Origin: Mobula hypostoma | Taxonomy: Eukaryota | Length of the DNA stretch: 64,000 nt | Assembly: GCF_963921235.1 (NCBI RefSeq) | Contig: NC_086097.1 | Span: 116,190,001 to 116,254,000 of the forward strand | Direction: 5' to 3' | Part shown: one piece after another, positions 37,301 to 49,892 of the stretch | Position numbering within the stretch: position 1 is the first letter of the stretch | Layout: each line of letters starts with the position of its first letter | The notes under the pieces: generated by a model | Told to the model about the DNA's origin: nothing | Seen by the model: only the letters and a program-made list of their open reading frames with translations | Databases searched by the model: none | Program-made: the position numbers and the translations under genes

Positions 37301-40300
37301 TGAAGGGTAAAACATTATATTTGTATAGCCCAGAAGGTGTGACAAATGCTAAGATTTCTCTAGCCCTTTCAGTCAAAGGAACACACCAATATCCTTTCAG
37401 CAAGTGGATTTTTGTAAGGTACTTAGCCTTTCCCACTTTATCAATACAGTCATCCACTCTCAGGATAGGATAATCATCTGTCTTGGTTATTGCACTGATT
37501 TTCCTGTAGTCAGTTCAGAATCTCATGCCACCGTGCAGTTTAGGCACAAGAACGCAGGGCGCCACCTAGTCTGAGGTAGATTGTCTAATGATACCAGTTA
37601 ATAGCATGTAGCCAATTTCTTTTTCAACCATTTTCCTTTCCTCTAAGTTCATTCTGTAAGGATGCTATTTGATGGGCTGGGCTAAATTTAGAATTATGTC
37701 ATGCATTGCAGCTGTGCACCATCTTGGAACATCAGGAAATAAATCTTTATGCCTGCAAATTAATTCTTACAATTGTTTTCTCTGCGCAGGCTCCAGATGA
37801 CAGACTTTATCAGTAAGGCCTGTCAAAATAATGGAAGTCTCAAGTCCTGTTGATATGATATTCAGCTTGTTAAAATGATTTTGCAGCTCATTACCAGATT
37901 CCACAACCCCATTTGTTTTCATAACAGTACTTACTGGTACCATCTCAGAATCTTAATAAGGCTTCAGCATATTTTGTGCACTTATTGGGTAGCCCTCCTT
38001 CTGTCAGGAGTTTTAATAACATAATTCAAAGAATAAATTTTCTTAATTATTTCATGTGGTCCATGAAATTGTGCTTGCAGGGGGTTGGTCACAAGAGGGA
38101 ACAGAACCAGAACCTTATCTCCAACCTCAAACACCTGTACCCTCGCTCTTCTATCATACTAGAGTTTCATTTTAATTTGAGAGTTTTGCAAATTCTGTTT
38201 TGCAAGGTCACAAGCCTTGTTAAGTCTTTTCTCGAAATTTCAAAACATATTCTAACACACTGACACGCACTCTTGGGTTAGACCACTGCTCTCTGAGTGA
38301 GGTCAAATGTCCTTTGAGCCTGTGGCCGATAATTAGCTCAAATGGACTAAACCCCAGGGATTCTTGAGTTATGGCTCTCACGGCAAAAAGTAATAAATGT
38401 TCCCCTTCTTCCCAGTCCCTGTCATTCTCATGACAGTAGGTTTTAATCATGGTCTTTAAAGTGGAATGGAACTGTTCCCAGGTTCCCTCGGACCCTGTGT
38501 GATATGCAGATGACTCAATGTGCTTAGCTCCCAGTTCTCCAACTATCTCCTAGAATGTTCTCAAAGTAAAGTTACTACCCTGGTCAGATTGAATTTCTTT
38601 GGGCAGACATACCAGTGTGAAAAACTTACTGAGTGCTCTTACCATAGTCTTGGCCTGGTTGTTTCTGAGAGGCACGGCTTCAGGGAACCTAGATGCAGCA
38701 CACATAACAGTTAGTACATACTGATGACCATCTGCAGTCTTTGGCAATGGGCCTACACAATCCACTATGACTCGGGAAAATGGTTCACCAAAAGCAGGTA
38801 TTGGTCGAAGTGGTGCTTTTGGGATGGCCTGATTAGGTTTTCCCACCACCTTGCACATATGACAACCTCTGCAATAATTTACAATATCCTTCCTCACATT
38901 AGGCCAATAAAATTCCCTCATAATCCTGTGCACTGTCTTCTTTACTCCAAAATATCCACCTAAAGGCATCTTGTGGGCCAGGTTTAAAATTTCAGCCCTG
39001 TAAACCTTTGGTACCACTACCTGGTGCACAATAGGTCAATCCTCACTGGCAGGCACCATAGTCTCCACTTCCTCATCAACAGCCCATCTTTAAGGTAATA
39101 TCCCATTGACTCATTCTGAAGTTCATCCTCCGAGAGAGCTGTCTCTTTTAAACCTACAATTTCATGATCTTTATTCTGTTCCTCTATAAATTCCTTTCTG
39201 GATAAGGACAAACCTTTCTCATACAACTTACTCTCCAAGTTGTAACATGGAAAGTAGAGAAGTTTGTGACAAATCATCATGATTTAAACCCCTGGTTTTG
39301 CTATCATGAGCCTCAGAACCCCCTGCCCCAAACTATCTGCATCAGCAGACTTTTTGAACATGCTTCGGGTCACTACGCAGGCAGGGTACACATCAATCTC
39401 TCTGTGTGGATCATTAGCAGCAGCTTTGCTCCTTAGCGGAAATGCTGAACAAACCTTGAATAGGTGTCAACCTCCCCCTAGTGTTTACTAAACTCAGCAC
39501 TATCAGCAGACTTACAAAAAACACGTGTACGTTGTGAAAAATGTCAAACAATCCATTTATTTTATTCCTGCAACCTTTATCCCAATTTGTCTCCATAGTA
39601 ACTTCTTTAGACAGCCTCTCAAAACCAAAAAAAATCTTCTTCTCCATATCGCAATCATGAACAACATCATAACCTTGAAAGTGTTTACATCCAAATGTTA
39701 AAACAATATTCAACAGAGTGGCATATACTTCTTCAGTAGGCCCTTGTCCTGCAAGCAGGGCAAAGGTCGCAAAACTAATCCAAACTTCACAAGTACTTTA
39801 TTCAAAAGACCAGAAACAACACTTCCCTCAATAGCTTCAGTAACATTTACTTCACCAGATTTCATCTCATCACTAACTTTTAGAACACTGTCTAATACAA
39901 GTGACTGAGAATCCTCAATTTCCACTAGTACCAAGGTTAACCCCTTATTCACTGAACCAAGACCATCTGACACAAAAGAACTGCATTCCTTTCTGATTGA
40001 GTCAGACACCTCAGACATTAACTGAGCTTCAACACAAGGTTCAGTACCCTGTGAATCCACTGGTACTTCAAGAACCTGAACCCCGGCAATCGGGACAGCT
40101 GCCTCTTCTAGGCTGTTATCACTTGTCCCAGTTTCAAATTCTAGATTACCCTGAACCTCCCAGCTACTCTCTGGCAAACTCTCATCCGGGGTAAACTCAA
40201 CCTCGTGGGTCAAAACAAACTTGACTGCTGTCTTAGCAGACCCCCACAGTGTGGCGGCATCATCTTCATCTGGGTATGCCCTTACATCATTGGGAACACA

Positions 40301-40849
40301 ATTTATAAATTTTTTCAATCAAAACCAGCTCTTCCGAGCTCTAAAAATCAATAAGGTCCAACACTAGACCTCCCAGCTGCCACATCTCCCTCTCAAACTC
40401 TCTCTGTCTTTCTGCCTCTTCTCTCAGTTTTTTTGCCTCTCTAGCCTCATGAACCCTCTGATTTTCTGCTTCATCAGCCTCGAGCTGTTTTAATTGCAAT
40501 TCATGCTCCATCTTTAATTTTGCCAACTGAAGCTGAACCTCAGCCTCAGTAAGTACCTTACCTTCAGCAAATAAATCTAACCCTCCTCTCCAATCTTTCC
40601 CTCAGCTATATCATGCTGGGCTATTACCATCTGTATCTGAGCTCTCCTCATTTTAGTGGTCACCTTTAGTCTTAACTTTTGAGCAATTCCCAACAGCACA
40701 TCCCCTCTTAGCATCATCCAGTGCTTCAGGGGTTGGTTCCAACAGAAACCTTTCAACACTAACATCCATTTCTGCTATTTTTCCACACAAACAAATCAAA
40801 AAGGATTTTCCACAATCAATTCAAACAAACACCCAAACAATTTATTCAA

Positions 40850-40867
40850 ATCCCGAACGAGCCCCCA
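40850..40867 (-). promoter_or_regulatory. Primer binding site, tRNA-Pro-like
   Basis: Minus strand TGGGGGCTCGTTCGGGAT just inside the LTR, one mismatch from the tRNA-Pro PBS TGGGGGCTCGTCCGGGAT. Confidence 0.85.
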
Positions 40868-41545
40868 ATTCTGTCACGTACCCCGTGACGGGTTAAAGAA
40901 CCAGCAGAAATGGAAAACACTTTGGAGTCTGGTATTGCTATTCACTAATACTATTTATTAGTAACTACGCAATACATTAATATAAAATCAGATAAATCAA
41001 ACAGGTTAGCAGTTATTATACAGGTTTCCCCCGCCATCCGAAGGTACAGCGTTCCTATGAAATGGTTCGTAAGCCGAAATGTCATAAAGCGAAGAAGCTA
41101 TTACCATTTATTTATATGAGAAAATTTTGTGAGCATTCGCAGACCCAAAAATAACCTACCAAATCATGCCAAATAACACATAAAACCTAAAATAACAGTA
41201 ATATATAGTAAAAGCAGGAATGATATGATAAATACACAGTCTATATAAAGTAGAAATACTTTTCCACAATCATTACTACACTGTTCTCCGTAGCGAAAAT
41301 CTCACGCAAGCGCCGTCGGCAGAAAATCCCACGCAAGCGCTGTTGGCAAAGACACGGCGCAAGCGCTCTCCAGTAACCTTTAAGCTATGAAGCTGCCAAA
41401 TCATACCAAATAACACATAAAAATACACAACCTATATAAAGTAGAAATAATGTATGTACAGTGTAGTATCACTTACTGGAATCAGAACAGCGCCAAGCAC
41501 ACTGATGATGGTGTGTTAGGCTGAGTCATCACAGGTTGGGTGGTG

Positions 41546-41893
41546 CAGTGGCCCCCACCGTCCGGGCTAACGACCGATACATTGCCGCGAAGCATACAGG
41601 GGTGCAGAGGTAGCCAGGAGGCACACAGTACATCTTTAAGAAAAAAGCCAAAACAAACATGCTAATTAATTAGGTGCCACCCGACACGTAATTGTCGGCC
41701 CAGATCAGTGCCGATTTACGATTGCATCGTCTCTAATCTGGGTTGACAATTACGTGTCGGGCGGCACGTAATTAATTAGCATGTTTATTTTGGCTTTTTT
41801 CTTAAAGATGTGCTGTGTGCCGCCCGGCTACCGCTGCATTCTCCGCGAATCGGTATCTGTCCGTGGCCTGGGGGTTGGGGTGGTGGGACACTG
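41546..41893. mobile_element. Palindromic hAT MITE, same family as 34071-34384
   Basis: Shares ACCGATACATTGCCGC and CATCTTTAAGAAAAAAG with the first copy; long inverted arms; CAGTG...CACTG ends; TSD only partly matching. Confidence 0.85.
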
Positions 41894-42276
41894 GGGTGCC
41901 ATCTCGTCATCGTCTGTTTTCATTAGAGCAGGCAGGTCATCTTCTATCTCTGCCCGCCTCGATGTCGAAGGTCGAGGTTCATCGTTTGCTGTGGCTGATG
42001 TGGAAGGCTTGCTTGACTGCTGAGCCTCGCGCATTTTTCTATCACACAGTTCTTTGTAAGGACTCAAACCATCTTGCAAATATCCCCTAAACCTACGTAC
42101 CCTTTCAAAATTAAAGTCGTACTTTATCATTGCAGTGAAAATCTCATGCAGTTGCTTCACATTCATTTTGCTACTGCATTCGATTTCGATTGTTATCCTT
42201 TCCTCTTCCAATTGCATCAGCTCTTCATCTATCAGATCTTGGTCATGGGATGCCAAAACCTCTTCAACATCATGTT

Positions 42277-43255
42277 AGCCTCCGGGTCCAACATATTATT
42301 CTCCGTAACTTCCGCCACCTCCAACGGGATCCCACCACTAAGCACATCTTTCCCTCCCCCCTCTCTCTGCATTCCGCAGGGATCGCTCCCTACACAACTC
42401 CCTTGTCCATTCGTCCCCCCCATCCCTCCCCACTGATCTCCCTCCTGGCACTTATCCGTGTAAGCGGAACAAGTGCTACACATGCCCTTACACTTCCTCC
42501 CTTACCACCATTCAGGGCCCCAAACAGTCCTTCCAGGTGAGGCATCACTTCACCTGTGAGTCGACTGGGGTGATATACTGCGTCCGGTGCTCCCGATGTG
42601 GCCTTTTATATATTGGTGAGACCCGACGCAGACTGGGAGACCGCTTTGCTGAACATCTACGCTCTGTCCGCCAGAGAAAGCAGGATCTCCCAGTGGCCAC
42701 ACATTTTAATTCCACATCCCATTCCCATTCTGACATGTCTATCCACGGCCTCCTCTACTGTAAAGATGAAGCCACACTCAGGTTGGAGGAACAACACCTT
42801 ATATTCCGTCTGGGTAGCCTCCAACCTGATGGCATGAACATTGACTTCTCTAACTTCCGCTAGGCCCCACCTCCCCCTCGTACCCCAGCTGTTACTCATT
42901 TTTATGCACACATTCTTTCTCTCACTCTCCTTTTTCTCCCTCTGTCCCTCTGAATATACCTCTTGCCCATCCTCTGGGTCACCCCCCCCCCGTCTTTCTT
43001 CCCGGACCTCCTGTCCCATGATCCTCTCGTATCCCCTTTTGCCTATCACCTGTCCAGCTCTCGGCTCTATCCCTCCCCCTCCTGTCTTCTCCTATCATTT
43101 TGCATCTCCCCCTCCCCCTCCAGCTTTCAAATCCCTTACTCACTCTTCCTTCAGTTAGTCCTGACGAAGGGTCTCGGCCTGAAACGTCGACTGCGCCTCT
43201 TCCTATAGATGTTGCTTGGCCTGCTGCGTTCACCAGCAACTTTGATGTATGTTGC
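42277..43255 (+). mobile_element. Penelope-like element (Neptune-type), 5'-truncated
   Basis: Cys-rich linker CKRNKCYTC then GIY-YIG VIYCVRCSRCGLLYIGET...RFAEH...LQPDGMN (stop at 42863); exact 13-bp TSD TCAACATCATGTT at 42264-42276 and 43256-43268. Confidence 0.95.
43157..43192 (+). ncRNA. Minimal type I hammerhead ribozyme
   Basis: AGTC-CTGACGA-AGG(GTCTCGG)CCT-GAAAC-GTC-GACT: stem I, CUGANGA core, stem II, GAAA, GUC cleavage triplet. Confidence 0.85.
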
Positions 43256-46200
43256 TCAACATCATGTTCGTCAGCTTCCACAAGCCAAACGCACGTTGTC
43301 CTTACTTTGTTCACCACGGTCGAAACACTTAATTATGTCTAGTTTTATGCTGTGTAACACCCTTACAAGCTCTTTTAGGCTTTTCCGATACCATAGAACT
43401 CATCTTGCAAATGACTGCTCACAGGCATGTGTTTAAGCAATGCCGGCAAGAATGCCATCCCGAATCTGGGGGAGAGCGGCTGCTCGGGGCGCGTGCTGCC
43501 TTTTATCGCGCGCTGCTTTTTATTCGTAACAGTGAAAACACCTTCTGAAAGTGAAAACAGGGTACTAATGTAGGTCTTTCAGAACAGTGAGGTTTCGTAA
43601 AGTGAATGTTGGAAAAGCGGGGGACACCTGTATACAAGTGTGGAAATAGAAAATCCAAGTTTCTTCAAGTATAGGGGTAAATGGATATAGTCTTACGGTT
43701 ATGTGTGAAGTTCAGTTCAGTTCATTGTATTGAGTTGAATAGTGATGGAGAGAGAGAGGTGTTTAGTTGTTCAGGTGAGCTGATGCCATCAATCTTCCTG
43801 TTGTCCTCCAAAACTTCCAAGTTAGTCAAACTTGACCAACTTAATAGCACCATCTTCAAGTGATAGTCTACCAACCCAGGCGAGGGTTAGACACAGTAGA
43901 CTCCACAGGGTTGCTCTTTCACGCACTAACAATCACAGATCGATTCCTCACGATCGATCCTCAGTCCCACACTCGTGGGCACATAAACAGGATAGTGGTA
44001 ACTTCACCACAGCCTAGTGTGTCTGCGTGTCCTGTGAAACAAGCAATTACGCTGGTTCAAATACTGTTATGCTGAACACCAGTTGTCCATCAAGTAGCTC
44101 CTCCCTTCTCTCTCTGTAGGAACTTAGAAGCTACCAGTGTCCTTGCAGAAATTCCAAACAAGCTGTGAGCAGTATTCGCCCCTCTCTCTCTCTTAATAAC
44201 AAGGTGCTTGTGTTGAACAACTCTCTCTCTCTCTTTTTAAAAGCACAGTTTATAGGGGTAATTCAGGATCGCGTCACATAATCCTCTTGAAGTGAATGCT
44301 AACACTGCAGTTGCCTTCCTCACTACGGATTCAGCCTGAAAATTAACTTCTGGAGAATATTTCAGAAGGACTCTTAGCCCTTTTGTGTCTCAGATTTTTG
44401 AATTTTATAAAATAGTCTGTGCTTTTATTCCTTCTACCAAAGGGCATAACCATACATTTTATGACACTGTATTCCATTTGTCATTTCTTTGCTCATTCTC
44501 TAAGTCTGACTAAGCTCTTCTGTAGCCTTTCTGCTTCCTCAACGCTACCTGCCCATCCACTTATCTTGGTATCATATGAAAAATTTTCCACAAGCCATCA
44601 GTTCCATCATCCAAGTCATTGACATATAACGTAAAAAGAAGCTGTCCTAACACAGACCCCTGTGGAACACCACTATTCACTGGCAGCCAATCATAAAATG
44701 TTCACTTTGTTCCCAATCTTTGCCACCTGACAATTATCCAATGCTCTATTCATGCTAGTATCTTTCCTGCAATACCATGGGCTGTAAACTTGTTAAACTG
44801 CCTCATTGTCAAAAGCCACATCCACTGATTCTCCTTTGTCTTTCCTGTTTGTTTTTCCCTTCAAAGAATTCCAAAAAATTTGTCTGTCAAGATTCTCCCT
44901 TCCAGAAACCTTGCTGACTTCAGTCTATTTTATCATGTGCCTCCAAGCACTCTGAAACCTAAGTACCAACATCTTCCCAACCACTGAAGTCAAACTGAAT
45001 GGCCTATTATTTTCCTTCTTCTGCCTCTCTCCCTTCTTGAAGAATGGAGTGACATTTGCAATATTCCATTCCTCTGGAATCATACCAGAATCTATTGATT
45101 ATTGGAAGATCATTACTAATGCCTCCACAATCTCTTTAGCCACCTCTTTCAGAACACTGGGGTGTAGACCATCTTGTCCAGGTGATTTATCTATCTTTCA
45201 GTTTCCCAAACACCTTCTCTGTAGTAATGGCAACTTCACTCACTTCTGCCCCTTGACAGTCTCAAACTACTGTCATACTGCTAGTATCTTCCACAGTAAA
45301 GAATGATGTAAAACACTTATTCAGTTTGTTTGCCATTTCCTTGTCTCCCATTAATATCCCTCCAGCATCATTTTCCAGTGGTTCAATATTCACTTTCGTC
45401 TCTCTTTTAGACTTTGTATATCTGAAGAAACTTCTGGTATCCACTTTAATATCATTGACTAGCTTACCTTCGTATTCCATCTTTTCCCTCTTAATTACTT
45501 TTTTAGTTGGCTTCTGTTGGTTTTTAAAAGCTTCCCAATCCTCTAACTTCCCAATAATTTTTGCTCTATTATATGCCCTCCGTTTGGCTTTTATGTTGGC
45601 TTTGACTTCTCTTGTCAGCTACAGTTGCATCATCCTACCTTCAGAATACTGCTTTTTCTTTGGGATGTATCAATTCTGCACCTTCTGAATTGCTCCCAGA
45701 AATTATCCACCTCACTCCTTTAGGGCATGTAATTGTTACTCTTGTGAATGTTGGCAAAGGTAGACTAGATACAGTGGTCTGACACACAAAAAAATCAGCA
45801 AATCTCATTCCAACTGTTTCTGTAATTTGCCTTGATATCATTTTTTAGCTCTATGATTTCCAAATAATTTCTATTCTATTATTTCCCTTCAAATCTGGAA
45901 GCAAATTTCAAAGTGTATTTATTATTAAAGTATGTAAACCATATACAACCCTGTGATTCATCTACTTGCAGGCAGCCACAAAACAAAGAAACACACTAGA
46001 ATCTATAAATAACCCCCCAGAACAAAGCCCAACAAATATTCAATGTGCGAAGAAAGATCAAATCACTCAAGCAATTAAAAAAAGTGAACAAATAATACTC
46101 AGAACATGAAAGTGAGTTCCTGAAGGTGGGTCCACCACTACGGAACCAGTTTATTGTTGAGTCAAGTGCAGAAGCTCGATGGCTACAGGCCACAGCTATG

Positions 46201-46599
46201 GAGTCCATTTGTGTATTATTTAGATCCTTGTTTACTCATTCCCCAGAACAACGCTGTTCAAAGTACTGCTTTGTTTCCAATATCTCTGAAGAGATGACGG
46301 GTGCATACAGCTTAACATGAGACAAACCAGAGCTTCTGCTAGACTTCTGCTGCTTGACAGTAGCACTTTCCTTGGGCAAGTTCAACATAAGAATTTTTTT
46401 TCAAGAGCTGACCATAACAGGAATGACTTCAGACATAAGTAGACTTTAGACATAAATGGGGTTAGACTTGAAACTTAATCATAACTGCATATTAAATTAT
46501 GACTACACTAGGAGGGTTAGCAGTTAAAAAGAATGAACCAATTATTTACTCCCTTGGTCTTTCCACCATCTATAAGGAAAAAAAAGAGGAAAATAAGTT

Positions 46600-46732
46600 T
46601 GGATTGGTGCATGGATGGAAGAGGTATGGAGGCTATGGTCCCAGTGCAAGTTGATGGGCGTTTGAATGGTTCAGCACAGACTAGATAGGCCGAAGGGCCT
46701 ATTTCTGTGCTGTACTTTTCTATGACTCTATA
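46600..46732 (+). mobile_element. CR1 3' tail
   Basis: GGCCGAAGGGCCTATTTCTGTGCTGTAC. Confidence 0.8.
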
Positions 46733-46734
46733 AA

Positions 46735-47165
46735 GGAGTACGCTCCACTTTTTTGGATGAGTACAACTTCAACAAAACTTAAGGAGCATCCCATCAGGAC
46801 AAAGTAGCCCATTTATTTGACAACCCTTCTAGCACCTTACACACTTAATCTGCTCACCACTAACGAATACTTTGAACACAAGGTGAAACGTCAACAAAAC
46901 ACAGTGCAGTGACTCATCTAGGTTCTTTTGACAGCTCACTCCCAAAATCTGACACCTCTGTCACCAGTAAGGACAAAGGTAGCAAGAATATAGACACACC
47001 GCCAACTGTACGTTCCACTCTGAATCATGCATATCCTCCCTTGGATATATATTGCTTTATCACTTTTCTTTTACCTGAAGGACTGCGGAGCTTTAAATAA
47101 AATCAGCAGTGCGGCATATTTAGAGTACCACGGAATTCTCAGCCTACATTAACTAATGATGCTGT
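46735..47165 (+). mobile_element. Old LINE 3' fragment, clade uncertain
   Basis: CCATCAGGACAAAGTAGCCC...AAGGACAAAGGTAGCAAG recalls an elasmobranch LINE 3' region; assignment is from memory of the family only. Confidence 0.4.
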
Positions 47166-48170
47166 GAACTGGGACTGGAACTGTACAGCTGCAAGAATGC
47201 TACCACTAGCCACGTCGACACATTCATCATGTAGGTAAAACAATTCTACACAACATTGAATTCCCTCAAGATTCATCTCAGTTTTTCATTATTTTTCTAA
47301 TACCAGCTTTGCATTGAGTATTGAACACATTTGTCTTTTCTGTTTATATCATTTCTGATGAATGACCTTTCACAGTGATTCCCATTCTTCTGTTCCTGTG
47401 TGCATTAGATTATCTTTTTCCCACATTATACTTCCTACCAATCTATTAGCCTTTACATTTCATTACTCTTCTGAACGATATACTAATATTTATTACTATG
47501 TCATATGGACGTAGACACAGCCAATCTATTAAAACGTCTGGACCATCTCTCTCTACACGGGACTCAGGAGGAGCTAATTTGCTTGCTGAATAGTTTGCTC
47601 CTTTACATTCAGACAGGCTGAAGACAAAAACAGAAAATGACAGAAACACTCAGCATCTGTGGAAAGAGTCATATAGGTAATACTTCAAGGTAAAGACTCT
47701 ACTGATGACCTGAAGCGTCAACTCAGATTGTTGAGTTTTTCCAGAATTTTATGGTTCTCTTCCAGGTTTCCATCATGTCTGTGTTTCTTCTGATGTCACT
47801 TACTGAGAACAATTCTGTACATGATCTCAACTACACATCTACATAACCTCAGCAAGGACATTGCCGTGGCTTATTGCCATATCAGAAACGGATGAAAGAC
47901 AAGAACTGTCTCCTCTTACTTACTTATTTGTCCTTGTGAAACTGCTGCTACTGCAGATCTTGTATATTTAACAACATAGAAGCAGACAAGAAAAATCATT
48001 GCGGACACCTCCCACCCAGAAAAACAGCCTTTTCCTAACGCTCACTTTTGGAAAGCGCTGTAGGGTTATTAAAACCAAAACTTCATGCAATCTTAAAATT
48101 TTCTTCACCCAGCGGTTAATCTGAGCAATTATTCTAGTTAGCCCCCCACCCACTCCTTTCTATTTATTAA

Positions 48171-49892
48171 ACAGTACAACAAAGATTTTGTTTCCTGAAT
48201 ATCTTTCGATGTACCTTGCAATTTTGGGCTACTGATCATGAAAATCACATGCACCATTTTTTAAATTGCCTCTATTTATTATTTCAATTTATAATTCAAG
48301 TCAGAATAACTAATGCAAAGATTAAGGAAATATTTTTGTTGGTCCATCAGCGATAGGTAACTCAATGAACTTCTGGTGAGACCTGAGAAAATTCCATAGC
48401 TGAGGAATTTGTTGAAAATTTTCCTGGCAACTACAGAGTACCAAGCTACATGCAGCTGGTTGGTTGACAATATGCTTCAAGCATACAAAACTATGAAGTG
48501 CAACATGTCACCCAGGATTCATTTTCTGCATTCCCATTTAGACTTCCCTGCAAATCCTGGCACTGTCAGTGATAAGCATGGTGAAAGATTTCACCAGGAC
48601 ACTAAGGTCATGGAGAAACAATATCAGGGCAACTGGAATACATCAATGCTGGCTGATTATTGTTGAACACTTGGACAAGAAGCCTCAGACACTGAGTACA
48701 AATGAAAATTATCAACAAAACATTTTTGACTTAGTCATAGTCATAGTCATAGTCATACTTTATTGATCCCGGGGGAAATTGGTTTTCATTGCAGTTGCAC
48801 CATAAATAATTAAATAGTGATAAAACCATAAATAGTAATATGTAAATTATGCCAGGAAATAAGTCCAGGACCAGCCTATCAGCTCAGCGTGTCTGACCCT
48901 CCAAGGGATGAGTTGTAAAGTTTGATGGCCACAGGCAGGAATGACCTCCTATGATGCTCTGTGCTGCATCTCGGTGGAATGAGTCTCTGGCTGAATGTAC
49001 TCCTGTGCCCACCCAGTACATTACGTAGTGGATGGGAGACATTGTCCAAGATGGCATGCAACTTGGGCAGCATCCTCTTTTCAGACACCACCGTCAGAGA
49101 GTCCAGTTCCATCCCCACAACATCACTGGCCATACGAATGAGTTTGTTGATTCTGTTGGTGTCTGCTACCCTCAACCTGCTACCCCAGCACACAACAGCA
49201 AACATGGTCGCACTGGCCACCACAGACTGGTAGAACATCCTCAGCATCGTCCGGCAGATGTTAAAGGACCTCAGTCTCCTCAGGAAATAGAGAAGGCTCT
49301 GATTCTTCTTGTAGACAGCCTCAGTGTTCTTTGACCAGTCCAGTTTATTGTCAATTCGTATCCCCAGGTATTTGTAATCCTCCACCATGTCCACACTGAC
49401 CCCCTGGATGGAAACAGGGGTCACCGGTACCTTAGCTCTCCTCAGGTCTACCACCAGCTCCTTAGTCTTTTTCACATTAAGCTGCAGATAATTCTGCTCA
49501 CACCATGTGACAAAGTTTCCTACCGTAGCCCTGTACTCAGCCTCATCTCCCTTGCTGATGCATCCAACTATGGCAGAGTCAGCAGAAAACTTCTGAAGAT
49601 GACAAGACTCTGTGCAGTAGTTGAAGTCTGAGGTGTAAATGGTGAAGAGAAAGGGAGACAAGACAGTCCCCTGTGGAGCCCTGTGGACTTATTTGAACCA
49701 TTGCAAAGCATGAGCACCATTATGCAGTTACACGCATTAAATGCAATAAAAGTTAATTTCTAGTTTCTCTTAATTTCTACATGATGCAAGTAGTCCAAAA
49801 TTATATGTATGTTTAGCTTGACGCTCTCTGTCATAACCACAATAAAATTCTGAGAAAGCAATATGATTGGAAATTTTTTTTTGTCTAACATT
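48171..49892 (+). mobile_element. DNA transposon remnant, tentatively Sola3-like
   Basis: ORF 48409-48666 IHFLHSHLDF...VSDKHGERFHQD...YQGNW...MLADYC is a transposase C-terminal motif; ends are degenerate. Confidence 0.6.
48734..49685 (-). mobile_element. Young Rex/Babar LINE, 5'-truncated
   Basis: Uninterrupted 260-aa RT C-terminal frame 48879-49661; (TAGTCA)n tail; possible TSD GACTTA. Confidence 0.93.

Larger units (their letters stand above)
41021..43630 (-). mobile_element. Tigger/pogo-type DNA transposon, internally deleted
   Basis: CAGGTTTCCCCCGC...GCGGGGGACACCTG TIRs with TA on both sides; acidic C-terminal remnant EHDVE|EVLASHDQDLIDEELMQLEEE; the LTR is continuous once it is removed. 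Confidence 0.88.
35530..44278 (-). mobile_element. Gmr1-like Gypsy LTR retrotransposon, degraded
   Basis: LTRs 35530-36320 and 40872-44278 (the second interrupted), both TG...CA; TSD TAGT/TAAT; PPT CCCCTTCCTTTT at 36321; minus-strand order gag, integrase (38220-39029: VIVDCVGPLP, IQSDQGSNF), RT (36957-37457), RNase H (36445-36855). Confidence 0.95.
34915..45710 (-). mobile_element. CR1 LINE split by a Gypsy insertion (pieces 34915-35529 and 44279-45710)
   Basis: TATATTCTAGT|...|TAATCCTCTTGAA rejoins into CR1; CR1 ORF remnants 35003-35233 and 45262-45480. Confidence 0.9.

Noticed and set aside
42537..42863. GIY-YIG ORF as a stand-alone or homing nuclease gene
   Set aside because: It is the C-terminus of a truncated, TSD-flanked Penelope ORF, with no true start codon.
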